From contig NIVC01003438.1 in assembly GCA_002269645.1 (NCBI GenBank), positions 1 through 64,000 of the forward strand: a stretch of 64,000 nucleotides of DNA. Reading direction: 5' to 3'. The translations under genes and the position numbers were made by a program. The stretch is from Macrostomum lignano. Taxonomy: Eukaryota. Of the stretch, positions 32,069-45,594 are shown in pieces (the stretch's first letter is position 1; every line of letters begins with the position of its first letter). The notes beneath the pieces were generated by a model. It did not search any database. It worked only from the letters and a program-made list of their open reading frames with translations, and was not told the origin of the DNA.

Positions 32069-35000
32069 ATGCACTACAAGATCATTATCATTTTTTCTCT
32101 AATTGTCTTATTGACAATATGGAGTGCTACTTCAAGCTATGCAATAATTTTCACTATCAATAATAGGCACTTCTTTTCTTTTAAAGGTAATATTTAGCTA
32201 CTAAAATATTGCATTGTCTTTGCCTTCAACTTTAATTTACAATTCAAGCATCATTTTAGAATTAAAAAGTCAACTGACCAATGTCACTCTTAATGGAGGC
32301 TCAATCAAGCTTGTAGCTTCAACAGCTGGCTTCTACTACCTTGGTGGATTGTAAGCATTTTATAATTTAGAGTCTAACAAATTGATACTAAATTTATTGA
32401 TTCTCTATTGACATCATTTCTCTCGCTTGTTCATGCAGCAATGCTCTGTACCGAGTCAGCTGGTCTGGCAGCAGCAATTCACCACATCTGGTGGCTGCTG
32501 TGGGATCTGAAACGCGGCCAGTCACTGTAAAATACCTGTACATACTTGGAGATCCAGCATCTGCAGCATTTGTCTGTTCATACACTGCACAACCATCGGG
32601 ACTGCCTATGGTTGGAGCAACCCCTTCGTGCATTTTGTTTAATGTAACAGCTGAGTTACCATGGAAACCAGTTAATCTGACTAATCGTCAAACATCGACT
32701 GTAAGTAAATCTAGTAGTAAATTTAATAGGGGTTGTAGCATAGTGGCTAGAGCGTCAGACTCACAACTGAAAGGTCGGGGTTCGATTCCCGATCCCACTG
32801 GAAGAATTCGTGTCCTTGAGCAAGACACCTTAACTCTGCATTGCTTCAGTTCACCCAGCTGTAAAATGGGTGCCAGCATTAGCTGGGGTAATTAAAGCTG
32901 TGTGTGGCGACCCCCCAGTCCCTGGACTGAACAGCCCATTAGGACAGCAACAGCTGGGCAGGCATGTACATCTCTCTCTCGCACTCTCGCAGCTCCTGAC
33001 GGGATTTCTGATGCCAAACTCTCCGCACGACCCGGAGCGAATTTCCCTTCGGCTGAACGGCTCGCACGCCTTCATCAGCAACTATCCGCAGGTGCAGGAC
33101 ACCTTGGACATCATCGAGCTGCGCTGGCCTCGCTTCGATCGCATCGGCTGGCTCACCGCCGATTTTCTGTCGCGACGGAACCGGGAAGCCTGGATATCTA
33201 GGCTTGCTCAGCCGGTTGCTATGGCAACTAAAGGCGAGAAACTCTACGCGCTGTTTGTTGAGGAGGCCTTTGAAGCCAGCAATTATTATAGCAGCGTTAG
33301 CGGGGAAGCCTTCCGCACTTCCACTGCTGTTCTCAAGGTGAGCATTAGCCCTATCTGACTGACTGAGGAGCATTAGCCCCACCTGACTGAGTACCCTTAG
33401 CCCCACCTGACTGACTGAGTAGCATTAGCCCCACCTGACTGTCTGACAATCCTCCGCAAATGTAATTCCCCGCAGCTGCCGCGGTTCACCCGTCTCGCTA
33501 GGATCTGCTTAAACGACCCCGGCGGCCAGCAGCCCTATCAGGACATGCGCATTATGACATCATTCTTCAAGTTGCGTCTGATCTGTAGAAATGGAAGCGT
33601 GGACTACGATGTGCTGGGTGAGGGAGTGGACTGTATCCGTTATCAATATTTATGCTTGAGTTAACAGGTAAAACTCGCACTTGAAATCTCGCCTTCGACT
33701 CTCCCTTGACATCTCGCCTTAGACTCGCCTTTGGCATCTCGCCTTAGACTCGCCCTTGGTATCTTGCCTTAGACTCGCCCTTGACATCTCGCCTTAGACT
33801 CGCCCTTGGTACCTTGCCTTAGAATCTCCCTTGACATCTCGCCTTAGAATCGCCCTTGACATCTCGCCTTAGACTCGCCCTTGGTATCTTGCCCTAGAAG
33901 CGCCCTTGACACCTTGCCTTAGAATCGTCCTTAACATCTCGCCCTAGAATTGCCCTTGACACCTCGACTTAGAATGGCCCTTGACATCTCGCCTTAGAAT
34001 CTCCCTTGACATCTCGCCTTAGAATCGTCCTTGACATCTAGCCCTAGAATCGCCCTTGATACCTCGTCTTAGAATGGCCCTTGACATCTCGCCTTAGAAT
34101 CGCCCTTGACATCTCGCCTTATACTCGCCCTTGACATCTCGCCTTAGAATCGCCATTGACATCTCGCCTTAAACTCGCCCTTGACATATCGCCTTAGAAT
34201 CGCCATTGACATCTCGCCTTAGACTCGCACTTGACATCTCGCCTTAGAATCGCCATTGACATCATCCCCTTACAATGACCCTTGACATCCCGCCTTAGAA
34301 TTCGTCTATCTGAGTTAATGAGTCCCGGGAGTTTCAGATTACTTGTTAGTTGTTACTTTTTCAGACTCTGTTTTTTTATGTCAGACAGGCAGTGCGCTGG
34401 GGGGGGGGGTCTCAGCCCATACCCGGGTTGTAAATATTGATTAATAATAATTGTGCTTCCCTTTCTTGGCACGGCAGGATATTTAGTTATGGGGAGAAAG
34501 GGGAGCAGCTTTCCACCCAAGCTGGGCTGTTAGGGGTGCATATTTTAGCACTGTTTCCAGCTCTGCTCCCCACCCGGTCTCTCCCTCCCTCTCGGTGCAG
34601 TCCCAGTGCAAGCTATTCAACGCCAAGGCGCCACTTCCTGATCATTATGCGAAAGATTAAGTTCCTTGGTTTATTAGAAATCCAGCAAGTCTGTAGAAGT
34701 GCTTTGAAATTGCTTTACAGAAATTTTAGATCTCTCTTCTTCTGCCTTTCTCCCTGCCTGAGGTAACTACTTGCCTACAAGCCAACTGACAACCGCCTTA
34801 GCAACCACAAGTTAGGAATTACGTAATCATAAACTCTCGAATCTGTCTTCACAATCCAAAAGCCTTTCAAAGCGCCTGTCAACAAATTTCTCATATTGAT
34901 GAAACACAAAGTGTCCATGGCTTCCTGTAGCAGAATGTGAAAAGCTTGTTTTGTGTCTGTCTGCATTTCGATTGGAGGTTGGCTGTTGTCGCTGACCTCA

Positions 35001-38000
35001 ACTGACCTCGATGTAGCAGTTGCCGCTTTTTCCATTATTGGCATTTTGTGATCGGCGCACAGATGGCAATGGTGTTGCTTTTTCTGGCCAGATGTTTGGG
35101 GGGAAGCAAAGGAAAACTTTGTTTGGCAGGAAATCTTGAAGATTGCTGTGAGAATTTTTTTGCCTGCATTGAATTTCTTTGTGTTGCGGTGCCTTCCTTC
35201 CACCACTAAATGGCCCTAATAGAGCTCAGCAACCTTAGTACAGGTGAGGGACTTGAGTTTTTGCCTTGCTTTGCCTTTTCTCCAGCTCTATCTATATCTA
35301 ATCTCATCTCCCTGGCTTCTCCCCCTCCCGCTCTAACTATATCTAATCTCACTTCCCTCTCTTCTCCGTCTCCCGCTCTATCTATATCTAATCTCACGTC
35401 CCTCTCTTCTCCTCTCCCACTCTATCTATATCTAATCTCACGTCCCTCTCTTCTCCTCTCCCACTCTATCTATATCTAATCTCACTTCCCTCTCTTCTCC
35501 GTCTCCCGCTCTATATATATCTAATCTCACGTCCCTCTCTTCTCCGTCTCCCGCTCTATATATATCTAATCTCACGTCCCTCTCTTCTCCTCTCCCACTC
35601 TATCTATATCTAATCTCACGTCCCTCTCTTCTCCTCTCCCACTCTATCTATATCTAATCTCACTTCCCTCTCTTCTCCGTCTCCCGCTCTATATATATCT
35701 AATCTCACTTCCCCCTATTCTCCCTTTTCTGCTCTATCTATATCTATCTCATCCTCTTCTACCCCTCCTGCTCTATCTATATCTAATCTCACTTCCCTCT
35801 ACCACTTCAAATCCATCTAATCCAATTAATTCAAGATACTTCAAGAACCTCCCAGGATTTTCTACTGCCAGCTAGCTGTGTGCCAACCGATATCAAACTT
35901 TTCTTTATAAGATAATGATTTTGATGAAGCATTTCGTTCATTAGCAACAACCCATGAGCTGTCCGTCTTTGGTAGGGGCGGGGGTCATTTCAGGTAGTTT
36001 TTTCCTGCCAGACTGATTAACCGCGCGCTCTGAAAAGATAAGCTGAATCATGCTGCACCCAAGCCTGCCCCTCGGACTGTTGCAGCCGGTTCAAATATCA
36101 GCATATCCGATATGATCAAGTTGGAATTGCTTTTACATGTTGAATCACCCCAGCCCACCCTGAGGGAGGGGAGTATTTTCCTCGAATGTGGATGATGATG
36201 ATGCTGGAGGCAGGCCGTTCCGTTTGATTGGGGGCTCGCCGCCCTCCACATCGATAAGAGTTGCTGGGCCTGATGCGCAGGTAGGTACTGTATATTGATG
36301 AGGCTTTGGCTAGCGGATTCTGCACAATTAGATTCGCTTAATCTCGCTGTTTCTTGATTAATATGCCCCGAAAAACTGCCGAACTGGGAGGGATTGCAAA
36401 CTTACCTCGGAGGTTTGTAGCAGTTTTTTATTGCTTTCTGAACTGCAGCTCTGCGATGCTTTCAGAAGAAGCAGCAGAAACCCAGAAATCTTTCCCAAGC
36501 TTGTGACTCATGAGCTTGTGACTTATGATCTTGCGACTTTATGAGCTTGTGACTTTATGAGCTTGAGGCTTTATGAGCTTGTGACTTTATGAGCTTGTGA
36601 CTTTATGAGCTTGTGACTTATGAGCTTGTGACTTTATGAGCTTGTGACTTATGAGCTTGTGATTTATGAGCTTGTGACTTATGAGCTTGCGACTTTATGA
36701 GCTTGTGACTTTATGAGCTTGTGACTTTATGAGCTTGTGACTTTATGAGCTTGTGATTTATGAGCTTGTGATTTATGAGCTTGTGACTTATGAGCTTGTG
36801 ACTTATGAGCTTGCGACTTTATGAGCTTGTGACTTTATGAGCTTGTGACTTTATAAGCTTGTGACTTTATGAGCTTGTGGTTTTATGAGCTTGTGGTTTT
36901 ATGAGCTTGACTTTATGATCTTGTGACTATATGAGCTTGTGACTTTATGAGCTTGTGACTTTATGAGCTTGTGGTTTTATGAGCTTGTGGTTTTATGAGC
37001 TTGACTTTATGATCTTGTGACTTTATGATCTTGTGACTATATGAGCTTGTGACTTCATGAGCTTGTGACTTTATGAGCTTGTGGTTTTATGAGCTTGTGG
37101 TTTTATGAGCTTGACTTTATGATCTTGTGACTTTATGATCTTGTGACTATATGAGCTTGTGACTTCATGAGCTTGTGACTTTATGATCTTGTGACTTTAT
37201 GATCTTGTGACCATATGATCTTGTGACTTTATGATCTTGTGACTTGATGATCTTGTGACTATATGAGCTTGTGACTTCATGAGCTTGTGACTTTATGATC
37301 TTGTGACTTTATGATCTTGTGACCATATGATCTTGTGACTTTATGATCTTGTGACCATATGATCTTGTGACTTTATGATCTTGTGACTTGATGATCTTGT
37401 GACTATATGAGCTTGTGACTTCATAAGATTGTAATTTAATCAATATACTGAACTTTTGGCTTCATAATTTCAAAGATTCGCCAGCTTAAAACTGTACGAA
37501 CCTGAAGCTTTACGCATTTTTTATTATTCAAATAATCTTTCTCGCAGCAGCTCAACGATTATTCTTTCGTTGCAATTTCGAGCAATTTTCTTTCAGGTGC
37601 TGGTTTCTCTGCATTCAAAGCAAATTTTGTAACTGTCTACCTTCTGTGTGTCTCACGGTCCAATTCATTGTCAGTCTCGTCTTTAGAAGGCAAAAAATGT
37701 GAAGTGCGCTGTTGACCTGCTCAAATAAATAACTTGAATAAATAAAAACCACAATTTTATCATTTGCAGGTGCAGCCCTCTTATAGCCGCCTTTTAATTA
37801 AGTTGCATATAGAACTTATGCAACATTATTGCATAATTTTCTCTTAGATAAACTTCAGATGAATCTACAATGTTTAAATGCGTTTAATTTAACTGCAATG
37901 AATGTCTGTAGCTTTAAAAAGTTCGTGAAATATTCCATTATAAATTATTTAACTGTAGGCTATATGATCTCTGTTCATCTCTCTCTCTCTACCTCTCAGC

Positions 38001-41000
38001 CTCTCCTACGATTTCTCACTCTACTTCTCAGCTTCTCCATGATTTCTCACTCTACTTCTCAGCTTCTCCATGATTTCTCACTCTATCTCTCAACCTCTCA
38101 ATGTTTTCTTAATCTACTTCTCAGCCTATCTATGATTTCTCATTCTACCTCTCAGCCTATCTATGATTTCTCATTCTACCTCTCAGCCTATCTATGATTT
38201 CTCATTCTACCTCTCAGCCTATCTATGATTTCTTAATCTACTTCTCAGCCTATCTATGATTTCTCATTCTACCTCTCAGCCTATCTATGATTTCTCATTC
38301 TACCTCTCAGCCTATCTATGATTTCTCATTCTACCTCTCAGCCTATCTATGATTTCTCATTCTACCTTTCAGTCAGCCTATCTATGATTTCTCACTCTAC
38401 TTCTCAGCCTCTACCCATCTCTCGCTCAGCCTAGCATTTTATTGATATCTACGCTCATAGCTGTTTCCCGGTCGCTGATTACTTATCTGCATTTCAAACG
38501 GCATTTCTTAGTCTCCCCTGCAGCTAATCCACTGTTTAGCATTAATCCCACCAGTGCAGCCCGGAAATCCCCAATGAAAAGGAAAATCTCAGCTTTAACA
38601 ATGTCTGATCCTATTTAACAGACAGTTTCTCCATCACTGTGCCTCATCTATCACATTTGGGCAACTGCCTGCCTCTGGGATTTTGCACCTCGCGCTGCCT
38701 TCCACCAAGCTTTTTTAGACTCCGATATGCGCGCTGACGTTGGTTCGCATTCTGGGGCGGGATTTTATTCCCCTAATTCCCTTGCCTTGGCCCTCTTAGC
38801 TCAGTCTGACGCCTCGCCTGCCTCTTTCCTCCTTATATTCTGCCCTGGCAGCTGACTGGGAGAGGATTCTGGGCGCCGCCATCTCTCTCTCGCATTGGTG
38901 ACTTCCATGCCCTCTATGGAGGCTGTATACTATTTTTTCCTCTTTCCCAATCTGCGATGTACTTTTGTAGAAGCCCAGTTTTCTAAGGATCCGATGGAGC
39001 GCGCTTTGTTGGTTTTTGGCTTCTGCCTTTCGAAACTTATTATATTGTGCTGCTTGCAGGATGAAGGAAGCTGGATGATGGACGGTATTTATCCATGAAG
39101 CTGGGGCTCTGCAGTCTCCAGTTACACGACTGTTCCATTTTCGGCTGCTTAAACTGGGGCATCGAGCTGATTTCTAAGAAATATTTTCAAGGCCCTTTTT
39201 AGCCTTTTTTAGTTTGAACACAGGTGACTGCTGAGGGAACATGCAGTCTCACTAAATTCTGTTCATTTAATTGGAATTTTCTCTCAACTATTTATCTCAG
39301 TAGTGAATATCTCAAATCCCAAATGTCTACAGCCTGTATTGGAGTCTCCTATCCTTTCTAGGAATCACCCAATTCCATTCCAGGAATCACCCAATTCCAT
39401 TCCAGGAATCACCCAATTTCATTCCAGGAATTACCCAATTCCATTCCAGGAATTACCCAATTCCATTCCAGGAATAACCCAATTCCATTCCAAGAATCAC
39501 CCAATTCCATTCCAGGAATCACCCAATTCCATTCCAGGAATCACCCAATTCCATTCCAGGAATGACCCAATTCCATTCCAGGAATCACCCAATTCCATTC
39601 CAGGAATCACCCAGTTCCATTCCAGGAATCACCCAGTTCCATTCCAGGAATCACCCAATTCCATTTCAGGAATCACCCAGTTCCATTCCAGGAATCACCC
39701 AGTTCCATTCCAGGAATCATCCAATTCCATTCCAGGAATCACCCAGTTCCATTCCAGGAATCACCCAGTTCCATTCCAGGAATCATCCAATTCCATTCCA
39801 GGAATCACCCAGTTCCATTCCAGGAATCACCCAATTCCATTCCAGGAATCACCCAATTCCATTTCAGGAATCACCCAGTTCCATTCCAGGAATCACCCAA
39901 TTCCATTCCAGGAATCACCCAGTTCCATTTCAGGAATCACCCAGTTCCATTCCAGGAATCACACAGTTCCATTCTAGGAATCACCCAATTCCATTCCAGG
40001 AATCACCCAATTCCATTCCAGGAATGACCCAATTCCATTCCAGGAATCACCCAGTTCCATTCCAGGAATCACCCAATTCCATTCCAGGAATCACCCAGTT
40101 CCATTCCAGGAATCACCCAGTTCCATTCCAGGAATCACCCAATTCCATTTCAGGAATCACCCAGTTCCATTCCAGGAATCACCCAGTTCCATTCCAGGAA
40201 TCATCCAATTCCATTCCAGGAATCACCCAATTCCATTTCAGGAATCACCCAGTTCCATTCCAGGAATCACCCAGTTCCATTCCAGGAATCATCCAATTCC
40301 ATTCCAGGAATCATCCAGTTCCATTCCAGGAATCACCCAATTCCATTCCAGGAATGCCCGAATTCCATTCCAGGATTCCTGGAATTCCTTGAATTTCTGG
40401 AATTCCTGGAATCTTATTCTTTCTGGTAATTCCGCCTGCCCCAGATTAATACTCTCTTAATCTCCATCCCCATTGTGCAGAGAGCGTCACGGAAGTGTCC
40501 CAATCAGAGCCGGGCACTTTCTACGGCCTGTTCTCCCTGCAGAACTCGCCGTCGCCCGCTGGTCACAGCGCCCTCTGTCGGTTCACCCTGGCGGAGGCGG
40601 AGGCCCTGATCGGCAGCTCAAACTTCATCCAGCTGGAGCAGTCGGGCCTGCTGTCCTACACTGCCAAGCGGCTGTCCCGAGCCGCCTATGCCGCAGCCTC
40701 CGGCCGGCCTCGGCCCACCCTGTGCGAGTGGACTCCCGAGGAGGCCAGGCAGTTGAAGCTGAGCAATCTCAAAGTTGAGCACACGGCACCGCTGATGGCC
40801 AGGCCGCTGATATCCAACAGTTTGGTCACCTTTGACGCCGCGCCGATCGGCCAAGGCGGAGTCGCTTCGCTGTGTCGGGTGGCCGAGACCGAGCAGGGAG
40901 ATGTGCTGGCGGTTGGGACAGGTGCGGCTGGGTGGCATCTGCTTGTTGCTATGCGAGATCTGCTTGTTGCTATGCGAGATCTGCTTGTTGCTATGCGAGA

Positions 41001-44000
41001 TCTGCTTGTTGCTATGCGAGATCTGCTTGTTGCTATGCGAGATCTGCTTGTTGCTATGCGAGATCTGCTTGTTGCTATGCGAGATCTGCTTTTTTCTATG
41101 CGGGATCTGATAGTTGCTATGTCATGTGGGATCTGGTAGTTGCTATGCGGGATATGGTAGTTTGCTATGGGGGATCTGGTAGTTGCTATGCGGATCTGGT
41201 AGTTGCTATGCGGGATCTGGTAGTTGCTATGTGGGATATGGTAGTTGCTATGTGGGATATGGTAGTTGCTATGCGAGATGTAGTAGTTGCTATGCGAGTT
41301 GTAGCAGTTGCTATGCGAGATGTAGTAGTTGCTATGCGAGATGTAGTAGTTGCTATGCGAGATGTAATAGTTGCCATGCGAGATGTAGTAGTTGCTATGC
41401 CAGATGTAGTAGTTGCTATGCGAGGTGTAGTAGTTGCTATTCGAGATGTCAGTAGTCGCTATGCCAGATGTAGTAGTTGCTATGCGAGATGCGGTAAATG
41501 CTAAACTGGATCTGGTTTTTGCTAGGCTGAGGGTCCGGTATTTCTTTGTGTAAAATGTAAGTTTCTCTGCAGAATTACTGTTTGGAACAATCGGTACAAG
41601 GCGATATTCAGTTCTGTTTAATTACACAGAATCGCTCACGTATTTTTTGCGTCTGAACTGCTACTTCAGGCAGAAAGCATTCGCTAGACAGTTTAGATCG
41701 AAAAGATCATTGCTAACTTATTCATATCTTCTGCTACTTTTAACTCTATCAGTTATCCATATAGTTGTGCCATGCCTGAGGCGCGTGTGCAAACAAAGTA
41801 TCTGTTTTTGCGTGGCTTCTTTGAAGGGAGCTTCATGCGGGGGAGTGACGACACTCGGATGGCGCAGTGGCTACAGTTGAGGCCTAAGAGATCGAATGAC
41901 TGCTTGCTTGGGTCTGGCTTGCTTCTTTCTGCTTGGCTGCGTCCTTGCTTTTTGCGCACAGCTTGTCACAGTGTGCGACTGTCTGTCTCTCTGAGTGTCT
42001 CTCAGTCTCTCTGAGTGTCTCTCAGTCTCTCTGAGTGTCTCTCAGTCTCTCTGAGTCTCTCTCAGTCTCTCTGAGTCTCTCTCAGTCTCTCTGAGTGTCT
42101 CTCAGTCTCTCTGAGTGTCTCTCAGTCTCTCTGAGTCTCTCTCAGTCTCTCTGAGTGTCTCTCAGTCTCTCTGAGTGTCTCTCAGTCTCTCTGAGTGTCT
42201 CTCAGTCTCTCTGAGTGTCTCTCAGTCTCTCTGAGTCTCTCTCAGTCTCTCTGAGTCTCTCTCAGTCTCTCTGAGTGTCTCTCAGTCTCTCTCAGTCTCT
42301 CTGAGTGTCTCTCAGTCTCTCTGAGTGTCTCTCAGTCTCTCTCAGTCTCTCTGAGTGTCTCTCAGTCTCTCTGAGTCTCTCTCAGTCTCTCTGAGTCTCT
42401 CTCAGTCTCTCTGAGTGTCTCTCAGTCTCTCTGAGTCTCTCTCAGTCTCTCTGAGTGTCTCTCAGTCTCTCTGAGTGTCTCTCAGTCTCTCTGAGTCTCT
42501 CTCAGTCTCTCTGAGTCTCTCTCAGTCTCTCTGAGTGTCTCTCAGTCTCTCTCAGTCTCTCTGAGTGTCTCTCAGTCTCTCTGAGTGTCTCTCAGTCTCT
42601 CTCAGTCTCTCTGAGTGTCTCTCAGTCTCTCTGAGTGTCTCTCAGTCTCTCTCAGTCTCTCTGAGTCTCTCTCAGTCTCTCTGAGTGTCTCTCAGTCTCT
42701 CTGAGTGTCTCTCAGTCTCTCTGAGTCTCTCTCAGTCTCTCTGAGTGTCTCTCAGTCTCTCTGAGTCTCTCTCAGTCTCTCTGAGTGTCTCTCAGTCTCT
42801 CTGAGTCTCTCTCAGTCTCTCTGAGTGTCTCTCAGTCTCTCTGAGTGTCTCTCAGTCTCTCTGAGTGTCTCTCAGTCTCTCTCAGTCTCTCTGAGTGTCT
42901 CTCAGTCTCTCTGAGTGTCTCTCAGTCTCTGAGTGTTTCTCAGTCTCTCTGAGTGTCTCTCCGTCTCTCTGAGTGTCTCTTAGTCTCTCTGAGTGTCTCT
43001 CAGTCTCTCTGAGTCTCTCTCCGTCTCTGAGTGTCTCTCCGTCTTTCAAAAATGCATCGTGTTTATTTTTGTTTTGTCATAATGATTCGTCTCAAACTAT
43101 TCTTCCAGATTCCGGCTCCCTCATCAAGTTTTTTGTCCCAGCAGCATCATCATCAGCATCATCAGCAGCATCATCAGCAGGTGCAGCAGCATCATCAGCA
43201 GCTGTAGCAGCGCAGGCGCACCAAATCGAAACCCTCCAGCTGTTCCCTCCGGGCAGCGGTGCCCGCATTGACAGTCTGTCCGCCCGTGCTGGTCGTCTGT
43301 TTGCCGTCTCGGACAGCGTGGGCGCCGCCGTGTGGCTGGCCGAGTCGCGCTGCAATCGGCAGGCCGGCTGTGTGGCCTGCGTGTCGCTGCGGGACCCCCG
43401 CTGCAGCTGGCGGTTGGACCTGCGGGAGTGCGCGTTTGCTGCGGAGCCTGAGGGGTGAGCAGCGATTGGGGCTTGGCGTTCACCGTGACTTTAGAAGGAG
43501 GCGTTCAACGTGACTTTAGAAGGAGGCGTTCACCGTGACTTTAGAAGGAGGCGTTCACTGACTTTAGGATGCGTTCACCGTGACTTTAGAATGCGTTTGT
43601 TCATTTTGACTTAAAAAGGCGTTCACCGTATCTGCAGTGATCTTAGATGCATTCACTGAGTTTTAAAGGCATTCACAGGCGGTCAAATGTGAATAATAGG
43701 CGACTATGCGAGATTTCACAGTGATGGATTACCGCTGGAATCTCATTAAAGCTTCAAAGCTCTTCACTTTCCAGTCTGACCAACGCGTCCTCCGGGCATC
43801 ACAGCGGCTGCCCCATCAGCTCAAGAGACCTGAACAGCCGTGAGTTGCATTCAGAATATGCTATTATCATTAGTACACCTGCACTTTTACCTCTCCCCAA
43901 TGCTCTGCCGGCTTTTAACTGCTGCAGGCCTGCCATCGCTCGCTCCACCAACGCGGGGGGCCTCGCAGACCTCGGCGCTGCCGCCCCTCCTTGGAGCGTC

Positions 44001-44979
44001 TGGCGGCAGCCTGACCGACTCTGCGTCACTCGCGGCAGCAATGAACTCCGACGGAGTCAGCGGAGTCCCAGTCGGCAAATTCGTGGCCGCCCTCATCGCC
44101 CTGTGCCTGCTCTGCTTCTCTGTCGGCTTCTTCTTGGGCTGCTTTGTCCGGCGCCGGCGCAACGTGCGGCGGGATGTCGGCAGAGGCGGCGCTGAGGGCA
44201 GCGCAGCGGAGAGGGAGAAGTGCATCGGCGAGGTTCCGGCCAACTGCCACGGTGCTGCGGCTGCTGCGGCTGCAGGTGAGACTGAAGGACTTGCTGGGTC
44301 TGAGGTTGTCCGGTTCTTTCAGGTTCAGGGCTAATGTCAGGGCCAGGGCCAGGGCCAGGGCCAGGGCTAGGGCTAGGGCTATTGTCAGGGATATTGTCAG
44401 GGCTAGGGTCAGGACTAAAGAGTCAGGGCTAGTGTCAGAGCTAAAGCTAGGGTCAGGGCTAGGGTCAGAACTAAAGCTAGGGTCAGGACTATAGAGTCAG
44501 GGCTAGGGTCAGGACTAGGGTCAGGGCTAGTGTCAGAGCTAGTGTCAGAGCTAAAGCTAGGGTCAGGGCTAAAGCTAGTGTCAGGGCTAAAGCTAGTGTC
44601 AGGGCTAAAGCTAGTGTCAGGGCTTTCCTCAGCAGTTGAGCGCCCGTCCTCTCACCCGCCATTTTTCCCCACCGCAGGCGACGTGCCGCTGCGGCTCCGC
44701 CGGTCCCAGCACGGAGAGCGCGGCCACCAGGCGGTGTCAAACGAGTACACGGAGCACCCGCCGCAGGCAGTGGCCTCTTACGCCACCCCGCCAGCGGTCC
44801 CAGCCGTGATGAGGATCGTCAGCAGCCACTCGTCGGCTCTGGACAGCTATCAGAGCTGCAGCGCCGATGTGCCCGCCATCGATGATGTTGACGAGGACGA
44901 GGAAGAGAACTCCGGGATGCACACTCGGCGCGGTCAGCCGATCGGAGACCATCGAGACAATGACTGGAGACACATCTAG
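32069..44979 (+). CDS. Transmembrane semaphorin (signal peptide, Sema, PSI, TM, cytoplasmic tail; class 1/6-like, no Ig domain), 10 exons, ~819 aa
   Basis: Exons 32069-32186, 32260-32350, 32439-32700, 32993-33337, 33476-33617, 40481-40921, 43109-43454, 43775-43839, 43928-44275 and 44678-44979 total 2460 nt and are phase-compatible. Motifs: signal MHYKIIIIFSLIVLLTIWSATSSYA; YLGGFNALYRV; EKLYALFVEEAFE; TRLARICLNDPGG...MTSFFKLRLIC; FYGLF...SALCRF; RPRPTLC; PSI CNRQAGCVACVSLRDPRCSW; TM FVAALIALCLLCFSVGFFLGCFV followed by RRRR. Confidence 0.92.
32729..32892 (+). mobile_element. tRNA-derived SINE with a CORE-like central domain, in semaphorin intron 3
   Basis: A box tagcatagtgg and B box ggttcgattccc, then gtgtccttgagcaagacaccttaactctgcattgcttcagttcacccagctgtaaaatggg, which resembles the MIR/CORE consensus (gaccttgggcaag...cttaac...ctgtaaaatggg). 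Confidence 0.8.
33712..34300. repeat. 25-bp minisatellite (cccttgacatctcgccttagactcg)
   Basis: Period 25; semaphorin intron 5. Confidence 0.9.
35285..35800. repeat. ~44-bp pyrimidine-rich minisatellite (ctctatctatatctaatctcacgtccctctcttctcc...)
   Basis: Direct reading. Confidence 0.87.
36503..37428. repeat. 15-16-bp minisatellite (tgtgactttatgagct)
   Basis: Direct reading. Confidence 0.93.
37985..38412. repeat. ~31-bp minisatellite (tctatgatttctcattctacctctcagccta)
   Basis: Direct reading. Confidence 0.87.
39358..40378. repeat. 22-bp minisatellite (aggaatcacccaattccattcc), ~45 copies
   Basis: Direct reading. Confidence 0.95.
40935..41492. repeat. 21-bp minisatellite (ttgctatgcgagatctgcttg, drifting to gatgtagtag variants)
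   Basis: Starts ~13 nt after the donor site at 40922. Confidence 0.92.
41985..43040. repeat. 20-bp minisatellite (ctctcagtctctctgagtgt) with an internal CTCAG/CTGAG inverted repeat
   Basis: Direct reading. Confidence 0.95.
44335..44622. repeat. AGGGCY-based simple/minisatellite in the last semaphorin intron
   Basis: agggccagggcc and agggctaaagctagtgtc units. Confidence 0.82.
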
Positions 44980-45594
44980 ATGGCGCGCTTTTCTTGGTCA
45001 CTGTTGGCCAACTGGTGCATAAGAAGCGAATCCCCAATCCCCAATCTACTGTCTGCTTTGCTAATTTTATCGCTCACGAGTTGCTTCTTGCCTTGCAATC
45101 AAAATTAATATTTCAAAGCCTTGGAGAATTTTTTACTGCAGCTGTCCTGCAACAGCTGATCTGCTTTTAGCTGATGAGCTACTCATAGTAGGTCAAAAAC
45201 AATATTGACGAATAGACAGATTTTTAATCATTTTTTCCGTGCTAATCATACTACTTGCTTACGTTGCTGCTAGATACTAGTATATCAGATTTTTTTCTGT
45301 GCAATCCGATTCTTGACTGAAATTTGTTAATTAAACCTTATTTTTTAAACGCGATTCTCCGTTAAACTTTTTTATGTTTAAAAAGCACAATCAAAAGTTT
45401 AGGACCAAATTGTTTAATTTAGCATAAACTGTTTATCGGTCAATATTTTTTTAATATTTTTTCTTATAAATGTATTTTTATATAATGTGAGTATTCACCA
45501 TATCTACTACTGGTAGTTAAGGTTTAAATAGTAGCAAGTATTTCTAATAATGAATAAATTGCCAGCTTGTGATTCTGGGCTTTTTCTCTATTAA

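Noticed and set aside
39303-40392. 276-aa and 224-aa repetitive ORFs (FQESPNSIPG)
   Set aside because: 22-bp intronic minisatellite; the real semaphorin exon starts at 40481
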